A DNA stretch of 50,167 nucleotides, from positions 1 to 50,167 of the forward strand of contig JAADIR010000149.1 of assembly GCA_013151245.1 (NCBI GenBank). Direction: 5' to 3'. Position 1 is the first letter of the stretch; each line of letters begins with the position of its first letter. Both the position numbers and the translations under genes were made by a program. The DNA comes from Chlorobiota bacterium. GTDB lineage: Bacteria; Bacteroidota; Ignavibacteria; Ignavibacteriales; Melioribacteraceae. Positions 1-7,996 of this stretch are shown in pieces. The notes under the pieces are model-generated. The model had not been told where the DNA came from, did not search any database, and was given only the letters and a program-made list of their open reading frames with translations.

Positions 1-1063
1 CAAAATAATAACCTCTCGAATTAAATTTCACGGCAACAGAATGAAGCTTAATAATTGACTGCTGCCAAACCGGGTCGCGGAAAACGCCGATAAAACGGAG
101 ATATTTTTCGTCTTCTTTTTCGCGTAAGTAAGTAACTTGAATTCTATCGGGGAAAGATAAAATCTTTTCATTCGGCTCCGGCGAAAGATATATGAATCCC
201 GGAGTTGACAATTTACTGTAAATCTCATATTTCTTAAATCCGACGTCCACTTTTCTTACGGACATTACCGAAAACCCTTCTCTTTCGAGCAAAGTTTTTG
301 ACGTGTCGTTTCCGTTTTGATTTTTTCCCGTTTTTAAAAAATTGTCGTAATCTCGCGAAGCCGCGTACAAAAAATGCCGTAGCGATCCGCGGTAAGTTTT
401 TATTCTGTTCCGTTCCCATTTTTTTTCTTCGGTTTTATCGGCAGGTTTTAATTCTTCAAAAACCGGAGAACCGTTGAACTTTGTGCTTCTTTCAAAATGG
501 CGGAAAGATTCTAGGAAATATGTAATTTTATAACCGAGAGCTTTATTGATAATTTCAATTGGTTTTGTAACAGTTGCCAAAAGCGTTCCGTCGTCGTTCC
601 TTGAAAAATCTAAGTCGTACGGATCTTGAATTGTACATTCGTCCGCGTTGTCAGAGGTTCCGACAAATGCCGCAAAAAAGATTTCATAGTTTCTCTGCCA
701 TCTTGCGGCGTCCTCGCTGTCAACAATAACGGTAGGGAGCTGATAGATTTTTTTATCCAACCCGAAATTAAGTTCATTTTTATGATTTGCTTTGATTCGA
801 ACTTTTTCCGTTTGTATTTGATAGCCGATGGAAGAAACAATAATTCTGACAATCCCAACCGGAATTTGTCTGATTAGAAATTTACCTTCGGCGTTTGTCG
901 TAGTTCCAATTGTTGAATGAGCGACGTAAACGTTTACGTTGCTTAGCGGTTTTCCCGAAGAGTTATCGAGAATCGTTCCCGAAACAGAACCGAATTCTCC
1001 ATGTTGCGAAAAACTTACGGAGGAAGAGATTAAAGCCAAGAGAATCGAAAACAGGAAAATCAC
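1..1063 (-). CDS. CarboxypepD_reg-like (carboxypeptidase regulatory-like) domain protein. Its 3' end is cut by the window edge and it is not in the supplied ORF track.
   Basis: Manual reverse-complement translation is open from GTG at 1063-1061 down to nt 1: (M/V)IFLFSILLALISSSVSFSQHGEFGSVSGTILDNSSGKPLSNVNVYVAHSTIGTTTNAEGKFLIRQIPVGIVRIIVSSIGYQIQTEKV... It has a signal-peptide-like N-terminus, then the G.V.D...G.PL..VNV...T..GT.T...G.F.l....G.y.l.vS.iGY pattern of CarboxypepD_reg domains. It starts 20 nt downstream of the stop of the preceding minus-strand gene. Confidence 0.65.
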   Translation of the reverse strand, partial: MIFLFSILLALISSSVSFSQHGEFGSVSGTILDNSSGKPLSNVNVYVAHSTIGTTTNAEGKFLIRQIPVGIVRIIVSSIGYQIQTEKVRIKANHKNELNFGLDKKIYQLPTVIVDSEDAARWQRNYEIFFAAFVGTSDNADECTIQDPYDLDFSRNDDGTLLATVTKPIEIINKALGYKITYFLESFRHFERSTKFNGSPVFEELKPADKTEEKKWERNRIKTYRGSLRHFLYAASRDYDNFLKTGKNQNGNDTSKTLLEREGFSVMSVRKVDVGFKKYEIYSKLSTPGFIYLSPEPNEKILSFPDRIQVTYLREKEDEKYLRFIGVFRDPVWQQSIIKLHSVAVKFNSRGYYF

Positions 1064-1082
1064 ATAAGATTTCGAAAAAAAA

Positions 1083-1625
1083 TTATTTTCCTTTTGTAGA
1101 ATCACTCTGCGTTATCTCCACAACATTTGCAAACTCCATTTTCCTCGGATTAATAATTGTTGTTTTGTCCAATGAAATAATTACCTCGGGAATTGACTGC
1201 CAGTTATTTATCAGCCTAATGTTTTTAGGCGTTGTAAGCCAATGAGTTCCGTTGCTAAGAGAAAAAGTATTTGCGGACGTATCTACTTTTGTCAACTGAT
1301 CTAAATACCCGTAATTAATCTTAAAAGCGCCGTCGATTAAGGAAACATTATATTTGGAATTGTTGATATAAAGATAGCCGACGGGAACCGACTCTTCGAG
1401 AACAACCATAACTTCGGCAAGGTTTACGGCAATCATTAGTCGATTCGTTTTCCAAGTAGAACCGTCGGATAAAGTTACTACTCTTCTATTAATAGATCTT
1501 ATTGTGTTAAAGAAATAACGGATGTTTCTGTTATACCGATTTATTTCGCCGCTGCCCGCGCAAGAAAAAAGAAATAGTGCGAGGAAAAAAAGAAAAAACT
1601 TCTTAATGAAACTGGACGATCTCAT
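1083..1625 (-). CDS. Hypothetical lipoprotein
   Basis: 180-aa ORF. The N-terminus MRSSSFIKKFFLFFLALFLFSC|AGSG is a signal peptide with a lipobox-like L-F-S-C. I recognise no catalytic motif. Confidence 0.6.
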   Translation of the reverse strand: MRSSSFIKKFFLFFLALFLFSCAGSGEINRYNRNIRYFFNTIRSINRRVVTLSDGSTWKTNRLMIAVNLAEVMVVLEESVPVGYLYINNSKYNVSLIDGAFKINYGYLDQLTKVDTSANTFSLSNGTHWLTTPKNIRLINNWQSIPEVIISLDKTTIINPRKMEFANVVEITQSDSTKGK

Positions 1626-1693
1626 AAATTAATTTCCCCTTTAAGTTTGAATAAACTTTTACGTCAATAAAATAACGAATTATTTAATTTTTT

Positions 1694-3154
1694 TCATTTA
1701 ATTCTAACCAGCTCGATCCTTCTGTTTTGAAGTCTTCCCACAAGAGTATCGTTTGAAGCAATCGGATCGGCGGACCCGTAACCGACGGCGGATATCTGAT
1801 TTGGGTTAATGCCGCGGGAAACCAGCCATGCGCGCACTTTGTCGGCTTGTTTTTGGGTTAGTTTGTAGTTAAAATCCGCATCGCCGATATTGTCGGTATA
1901 ACCTCTGATTTCAAATTTGTAATCCGGATAGCTGTTTAAAAGCATAAGAATACGGTTAAGCGTTTCTTGCGACGATGTTGTTAAATCCTGAGAGCCCGGC
2001 GAAAAGACCAAACCCTTTAACACCAACGGAACGCCGACAATAATAATATCGTCGCTCGGGTCTCTGGGATTGGTTTTGTTTTCAATTTCCGTCATATCAT
2101 CCGCCATACCGCCGTCGGTATCGACTTTAAGCGGATCGGTATTATATTGTTTTAGTTCTTCGTAATCGGTCAAACCGTCGCCGTCGGTATCAACTTTTAA
2201 CGGATCGGTATGATATTCAAATAATTCGCTCCGGTCGTTTAGTCCGTCTCCGTCCGTGTCGGCTTTCATCGGGTCGGTTTTATATTCCAGCACTTCGCTT
2301 CCGTCGAGAATTCCGTCGTTATCCGAATCGCCTTTATTTGGAAGAGAATGGTAAACCATTATTTCTTCGAAATCAGAAAGTCCGTCATGATCGGTATCGC
2401 GGCTGAAAGGGCTTGTGTTATACGTTAATTCTTCGGCGCCGTCGGAAAGCCCGTCGCCGTCGGAATCCGGATTATTCGGATTTAATCCGACGCTTAATTC
2501 ATAGTCGTCGTCCAAACCGTCGCCGTCGGAATCGGAAAATGAATTCCCGCCGAAAAACGTAAACCCGACGGAAAAATTATAGTAAGCGTCTTTGGGCGAA
2601 GAGCCGCCGTCGTCGTACGAATAGTAATTTAAGTTATCGGTAAACGTATAAGTAATTCCGAGCGATATATCTAAAACGAACAAACCGGAAAGTTTAATTT
2701 CCGTACCCAAACCGGCGGGAATAAATCCCGTCCATCCTTTTTCCTTAACTTCGCCCGGCGAAACAGTCGCGGGATATTTCCGCATCCAATAATTCATTAT
2801 TCCACCGCCGGCATAGAGGTAAGGGTTAACGGTTCTTTTATTAAAGGGATCGACGATTAACCGTAAATCAAAAGGAAGAAATTCCGATTTATAATACTTT
2901 GAGTCGAAATCCAAGCCGCTAAGCGTTCCGTAACCTCCGCCAATTTCCAGATCCAGCGCGTGAGAAAGTTCCGTTCTAAAGTAAGCGCGCACAAGATAAG
3001 ACGCTTTATACGGTTTACCGTCCTGAAATTCCGTTATCGGCAACAACTGTGAATATTGCAAACCGCCTTTAATCAAATAATCGTTGAACTGCGCAAAACT
3101 ATTTGACGAAATAATAAGACTAAAGAATAAACCGACAAAAAATACTCTTTTCAT
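1694..3154 (-). CDS. OmpA-family outer-membrane protein with thrombospondin type-3 (Ca-binding) repeats
   Basis: Signal peptide, then a beta-barrel-like N-terminal region. About 8 repeats of D.D.DG..D..E follow (DSDGDGLDDDYE, DSDGDGLSDGAE, DTDHDGLSDFEE, DSDNDGILDGSE, DTDGDGLNDRSE, DTDGDGLTDYEE...). The C-terminal OmpA_C peptidoglycan-binding domain reads GYTDNIGDADFNYKLTQKQADKVRAWLVSRGI...GYGSADPIASNDT..GRLQNRRIEL. Confidence 0.9.
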   Translation of the reverse strand: MKRVFFVGLFFSLIISSNSFAQFNDYLIKGGLQYSQLLPITEFQDGKPYKASYLVRAYFRTELSHALDLEIGGGYGTLSGLDFDSKYYKSEFLPFDLRLIVDPFNKRTVNPYLYAGGGIMNYWMRKYPATVSPGEVKEKGWTGFIPAGLGTEIKLSGLFVLDISLGITYTFTDNLNYYSYDDGGSSPKDAYYNFSVGFTFFGGNSFSDSDGDGLDDDYELSVGLNPNNPDSDGDGLSDGAEELTYNTSPFSRDTDHDGLSDFEEIMVYHSLPNKGDSDNDGILDGSEVLEYKTDPMKADTDGDGLNDRSELFEYHTDPLKVDTDGDGLTDYEELKQYNTDPLKVDTDGGMADDMTEIENKTNPRDPSDDIIIVGVPLVLKGLVFSPGSQDLTTSSQETLNRILMLLNSYPDYKFEIRGYTDNIGDADFNYKLTQKQADKVRAWLVSRGINPNQISAVGYGSADPIASNDTLVGRLQNRRIELVRIK

Positions 3155-3421
3155 TCCACCATTCCATAATTTTTAGATACGTAATTTAGCAATTTTTTTT
3201 CAAGTTTTGCCATACCATTTTTTATGTATAGGTTACAAATCGTTTTTAAAATTAAATTGTAATAAAGCTTCCATTAATATAATAAACGCTCATTTATTTA
3301 TTTTAGAGTTTAAACTATTTAAATTATTATATTTAATTTGTTAAATTGATAGGAATTTTATTATTTTAGTAACAATTTTCACATAAACTCCGATTATATA
3401 TCATAAAATTTCAGTATGTGA

Positions 3422-5653
3422 ATGACGTATAAAACAAAATTATATATTTACATAGCATTTCTAATTATTTCGATCGGTATCGCGTCATACTTAATGAATA
3501 ATGTTTACGACGCTTTAAAAGACCGTGCATTTAGCAGAATTAAAGTTGAACTTGCCTTCGATTCCAAACAAGCCGCAGCCGGAATAAAAAAATATTTTGA
3601 AAAACTCCGTTCCGATTTGAATTTTCTTTCGTCGTTAAACGAAGTTAAAAATCTCAACAAAAAGGGAAAAGAAATTTTATCAACCTATTATGAAAGCAAT
3701 AAAAACGTCATAAAAGGTATTTCGCGGGTAAACAAAAGCGGCGTCATAACCTACACATATCCAAAGGTTAAAGATATCGTGGGAAAAGACGTTTCATATC
3801 AATCGCATAATAAATTCATAATTAAAAATCATACTCCGGTTGTAAGCGATGTGTTTAAAACCGTACAGGGATATCAAGCCATTGCGTACGCTTTTCCGGT
3901 TTTCAAAAACGGAATTTACGACGGTTGCGTAAGTTTGTTAATTCCATTTCATAATCTAACCAAAGAGTTTTTGAATTCCGGTAAGAGCACAGGCTTGGGC
4001 GCCTTTTGGCTGGTTGACGGCAAAGGCGTTGAAATATACTGCACCATTAAGGAACATATAGGAAAACCGATAGACGAAACTCTTGCATTAGCGCCTGAAA
4101 GTCTTGATTCCGTAAAAAGGATGATTAAAGAAAAAAACGGCGTTTCATCTTATACTTATTTTTCCCGCGCCGCAAAAATGAATATCACAAGAGTTTCGGC
4201 GTATTCCGCCGTTGAATTAGACCATACAACTTGGATTGTTTTTAACGACGAAGATGAAAAGAATCTGTTCATTTTTACCGACAAATATTATAGCGAACTG
4301 ATTTGGATCATAGTAGTTTTTATTATAGTTGTTATCGCTTCAACGGCTCTTTACCTAAGAGCAAAGAGAAGAGCGAAAAAACAAATCAATCAACTGGAAA
4401 CAATAAACGAAATTACTTTAAATGAAACGGGTCAGATTGCTTATCGTTATTATATTGATAAGGGAAAAATTAATTGGACGGGACGTATAGAAGATATTTT
4501 AGGATATTCAAAAGAAGAATTTGATAAGATGAAATATGATAAACTTATCCGGCTAATTCATCCGTCGGACAGGGAGTCCGTGGAAAAGTCGAGACAAAAT
4601 TCCATCAAAAGCGGGGAACATTTTTCATCCGAATATCAAGTGATGCATAAAAACGGGGGCTATATTTTTGTCGAGGAAAACGGAGCGCTTGTTCCGTCTG
4701 AATATGAGATTGCCAACTTAATGGTCGGAACGTTAAAGGATATTTCGGACAGAAAGAAATCGGAGTTGGAGCTTGTTCAAAATAAAGAAAAGCTGGAAGA
4801 GCTGGTTAAACAAAGAACATTAGAACTTGAGGAAACAAACAAACGTCTTGAAAAAGACATTAGAAAACGGATGGAAACCGAAGCCGAACTTATCAAAGCC
4901 AAAGAAGAAGCCGAAGAATCGGATAAATTAAAATCCGACTTTCTGGCGCAGATTTCTCATGAAATAAGAACTCCGATTAACACAATTCAAAATTATTCGT
5001 TTTTGATAAAAAACGAAGTTATGGGCGCTCAAACGGAACTAATGAAAGAATCCTTTGCCGTGATTGACAAAGCGATGCATAGATTGATCAGAACGATTGA
5101 GCTTATCATTAATATGGCGGAGGCTCAAAAGGGAAAAGTTAATATTAATCCGGAGAAAATAAACATATCTTCAAAAATCCTCTCTCCAATTTATTCCACA
5201 TATAAAGGCGAGTGCGCCAAAAAAGGGGTCGTATTAAATCTGAATAATTTCAGCGAAAAAGAAGAACACGAAATAGACAGTCACATCTTCTCAACAATTA
5301 TTGCAAACTTGGTTGACAACGCCGTAAAATATACGCACGAAGGACAAATCGATATTAATTTAATCGCCGACGAAAAAAAAATTATTTGCGAAGTCGTCGA
5401 TACCGGCATCGGGATTTCCGAAGATTTCCTGCCGCATATCTTTAAACCGTTTACGCAGGAAACGCAAGGATATACGCGCAAGTACGAAGGCAACGGACTC
5501 GGTATGGCGCTAATAAAAATTTACGCGGATCTTTTAGGCGCCTCGCTGCAGGTGCAAAGTAAAAAAGGAGAAGGAAGCACCTTCCGCTTTGTTTACAATA
5601 TTCCGCAAAATTTGTCCGAAGAAAAAATTACTTCAGAAAAATCATCTTCTTAG
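3422..5653 (+). CDS. Sensor histidine kinase (periplasmic Cache-like domain, TM, PAS, coiled coil, HisKA, HATPase_c)
   Basis: 743 aa. An N-terminal TM helix, a ~270-aa extracytoplasmic region and a second TM helix (LIWIIVVFIIVVIASTALYL) are followed by a PAS-like segment. H-box FLAQISHEIRTPIN; ATPase N/G boxes LVDNAVKYT, DTGIGIS, GNGLGMAL. Confidence 0.9.
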   Translation: MTYKTKLYIYIAFLIISIGIASYLMNNVYDALKDRAFSRIKVELAFDSKQAAAGIKKYFEKLRSDLNFLSSLNEVKNLNKKGKEILSTYYESNKNVIKGISRVNKSGVITYTYPKVKDIVGKDVSYQSHNKFIIKNHTPVVSDVFKTVQGYQAIAYAFPVFKNGIYDGCVSLLIPFHNLTKEFLNSGKSTGLGAFWLVDGKGVEIYCTIKEHIGKPIDETLALAPESLDSVKRMIKEKNGVSSYTYFSRAAKMNITRVSAYSAVELDHTTWIVFNDEDEKNLFIFTDKYYSELIWIIVVFIIVVIASTALYLRAKRRAKKQINQLETINEITLNETGQIAYRYYIDKGKINWTGRIEDILGYSKEEFDKMKYDKLIRLIHPSDRESVEKSRQNSIKSGEHFSSEYQVMHKNGGYIFVEENGALVPSEYEIANLMVGTLKDISDRKKSELELVQNKEKLEELVKQRTLELEETNKRLEKDIRKRMETEAELIKAKEEAEESDKLKSDFLAQISHEIRTPINTIQNYSFLIKNEVMGAQTELMKESFAVIDKAMHRLIRTIELIINMAEAQKGKVNINPEKINISSKILSPIYSTYKGECAKKGVVLNLNNFSEKEEHEIDSHIFSTIIANLVDNAVKYTHEGQIDINLIADEKKIICEVVDTGIGISEDFLPHIFKPFTQETQGYTRKYEGNGLGMALIKIYADLLGASLQVQSKKGEGSTFRFVYNIPQNLSEEKITSEKSSS

Positions 5654-7613
5654 CGGCTGTTTTTTTGCCGGAAGTTAATCTGTAAATATACGTTCCGCTT
5701 GAAAGATTGTATTCGGATAGGTCAACGGACAATTCATAATTACCCGGGTTTTTCACTTCGTTAACCAACGTTCCTATTTTGTTTCCCAGCATATCAAATA
5801 ACGCCAGTTCAACATAACTTTTTTCCGAAATTGTAAAAGTAATTTTGGTTGAAGGATTGAAAGGGTTCGGATAATTTTGGCTTAATTTGAAAATATGCGG
5901 ATTGCCGTTTTCGTCAAACGCTTCGGTAATTGATGAAATTCTTTTGAGAATTAAATTATCAGGATCAAATTGAATTGTAAGGGGTTCGCTGTCCGTTTGG
6001 AAAGCGAAAGTCTGATTCATTTTATCGTTGAAGAAAGTATGATACGTATCGTCCCCGGTTGTAATTACTTTTATTTGAACCGGCATTGTAAAATATGTCG
6101 GGTTAGTGTTTTGAGTTTGCGAGATATCGATCCAGCAATTGTAACCGCCTTGGTCGCTTGGCGCATAACCCCATTCGTATGAATAGATGGGATAGTTTTC
6201 GCCGTAAATCCATTCGCTGAAAAAGTAATCCAAGTCTTCGCCGGAAACTTCTTCGGCAACCGCTTGAAAGTCTTCCGTAGTTGCGACGCCGTATGCTAAA
6301 TCGGGATCGGCGAGATAAGTTTTCAGAACGTTAAAAAATGTTTCTTTTCCCAAAACTCCGCGCAGCATGTGAAGAACGACCGCCCCTTTCGAGTAGCTTC
6401 GCGGACCATTGAAAATTTGACTTACGGAGCTGATATCCTGTACCCAAATTGAGCCGACCGCTCTTTTTGCGTTGCCCATTTCGCTGTTAATATCTTGGTC
6501 GTATTGATTCTTTCCGTATTTCACTTCGTCGTAAACAGATTCGCTGTAAGTTGCAAAACCTTCGTTAAGCCAAATATGATGCCAGTCGGCGCATGTAATT
6601 TTATCTCCAAACCATTGATGAGCAAGTTCGTGCGCAATAATCGACTCGGCGTAATACCCGATAGACGTGCATGTTTGATGTTCCATGCCGCCGCTCCAGC
6701 CGAATTCCGCATGTCCGTATTTCTCTTTCAAGAACGGATAGGGTCCATATTTTTCACTGAACACGTCGAGCATATTAACAGTCTCGTCGAGCAGGCTTTT
6801 TCTTGAATTTCCCAAATTCTCAGGATAATTATAATGAATAACGTCCATGAATTTATCGGGTTCGTATTCAAATTGATTTTTGTAAATCGCATAATCCGTA
6901 ATCGCTATCGAGATCAGATACCCCGCTATCGGGTAATGATTTTTCCACTGGAATTGGAATTTGCCGCCGCCTATTCTCTTCTTCGCAATTAGCGTTCCGT
7001 TTGAAACGGCGTAAAGATTATCGGCGCAGGAAACCCAAACGTCGGAAGAATCAACTTTGTCCGCGGGAGTGTCTTTGCTTGGAAACCAATACATTGCGCC
7101 GTAAGGTTCGCTGAGACTCCAGATAACGGGAGTGTTTTGCGCGCCGTGCGTTTCGAAAGCAAAACTGCCGAAACCGCCGGAGCTTTCAGGATCGCCTTGA
7201 TAATAAACTTTTACGGACGCTTTTTCATTTTGAGCAAGCGCGGAGGAAAGCGTTATTTCAATTTTATCGTTTGCGTAAACAAAATTAAGCTGCGCGCCGT
7301 TCATCACAACGGAATCAACTTGCCTGCCGTCGGCAAAGTCGAGAAAGAAGTTAGTCAAATCGTTTTGAAGACTAACGAAATCGATTTGCGTATAACCGTT
7401 TATATAATCCGGATCGGCGGTAATTTCGAAATCAAGTTTGTAATAAGTTACGTCGATTGTTTCGTCGCCCGGATAATTTACTTTGGCAAGTTTTTGAAGA
7501 CGATTGAAAGAGCGAATCTTTGCCGCCGAACAAACGCTTGCGGCGTTTTGAGCAAAAAGATTTGCCGAAATAAAAAGAATAGCGAAAAGAAAGAATATTT
7601 TACGATTAATCAT
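5628..7613 (-). CDS. M1-family zinc aminopeptidase with T9SS C-terminal sorting domain
   Basis: Signal peptide. GGMEH exopeptidase-like motif. HELAHQWFG followed by WLNEGFATY, the HEXXH-18-E gluzincin signature of M1. C-terminus NYPNPFNPSTKITF...YIYRLTSGKKTAAKKMIFLK is a type-A T9SS CTD. Confidence 0.9.
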   Translation of the reverse strand: MINRKIFFLFAILFISANLFAQNAASVCSAAKIRSFNRLQKLAKVNYPGDETIDVTYYKLDFEITADPDYINGYTQIDFVSLQNDLTNFFLDFADGRQVDSVVMNGAQLNFVYANDKIEITLSSALAQNEKASVKVYYQGDPESSGGFGSFAFETHGAQNTPVIWSLSEPYGAMYWFPSKDTPADKVDSSDVWVSCADNLYAVSNGTLIAKKRIGGGKFQFQWKNHYPIAGYLISIAITDYAIYKNQFEYEPDKFMDVIHYNYPENLGNSRKSLLDETVNMLDVFSEKYGPYPFLKEKYGHAEFGWSGGMEHQTCTSIGYYAESIIAHELAHQWFGDKITCADWHHIWLNEGFATYSESVYDEVKYGKNQYDQDINSEMGNAKRAVGSIWVQDISSVSQIFNGPRSYSKGAVVLHMLRGVLGKETFFNVLKTYLADPDLAYGVATTEDFQAVAEEVSGEDLDYFFSEWIYGENYPIYSYEWGYAPSDQGGYNCWIDISQTQNTNPTYFTMPVQIKVITTGDDTYHTFFNDKMNQTFAFQTDSEPLTIQFDPDNLILKRISSITEAFDENGNPHIFKLSQNYPNPFNPSTKITFTISEKSYVELALFDMLGNKIGTLVNEVKNPGNYELSVDLSEYNLSSGTYIYRLTSGKKTAAKKMIFLK

Positions 7614-7996
7614 CGTTTTCCCCCATTTTGAAGATTAGTAGTTATAATTAAGAAACTATCGGAAATCTCGGAGTTTCGAATCAGCCAAACATAGGAACTA
7701 ATTATTGAGAAGAATTCAATTCCTTCCGTCGTCGAATGTAACTTCAAAATTTAGATATGAAACGTTTTTACCTTCCCATTTTATGATAACGCCTCTATTT
7801 CTAAAAAAAATTCCTCCTTCGTTAGGAGAAATTAATTTAACGCTTTACGCAAAGCCGTTAAAGGAGATAAAAACCAATAAAATCAAAACTCTTTAAACTG
7901 CCCGATTAATTTTCACGATAAAATTATTTCTTTAAAATAAATGATTACAAATTCAAAATATGAATAATTAAATTTGCAAGCAAAATGAATAACGTA

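Noticed and set aside
7705-7896. 63-aa plus-strand ORF in the spacer between two minus-strand T9SS cargo genes
   Set aside because: It has no RBS and a low-complexity, AT-driven composition, with no recognisable motif. The region is more likely the promoter and leader of the M1 aminopeptidase gene.
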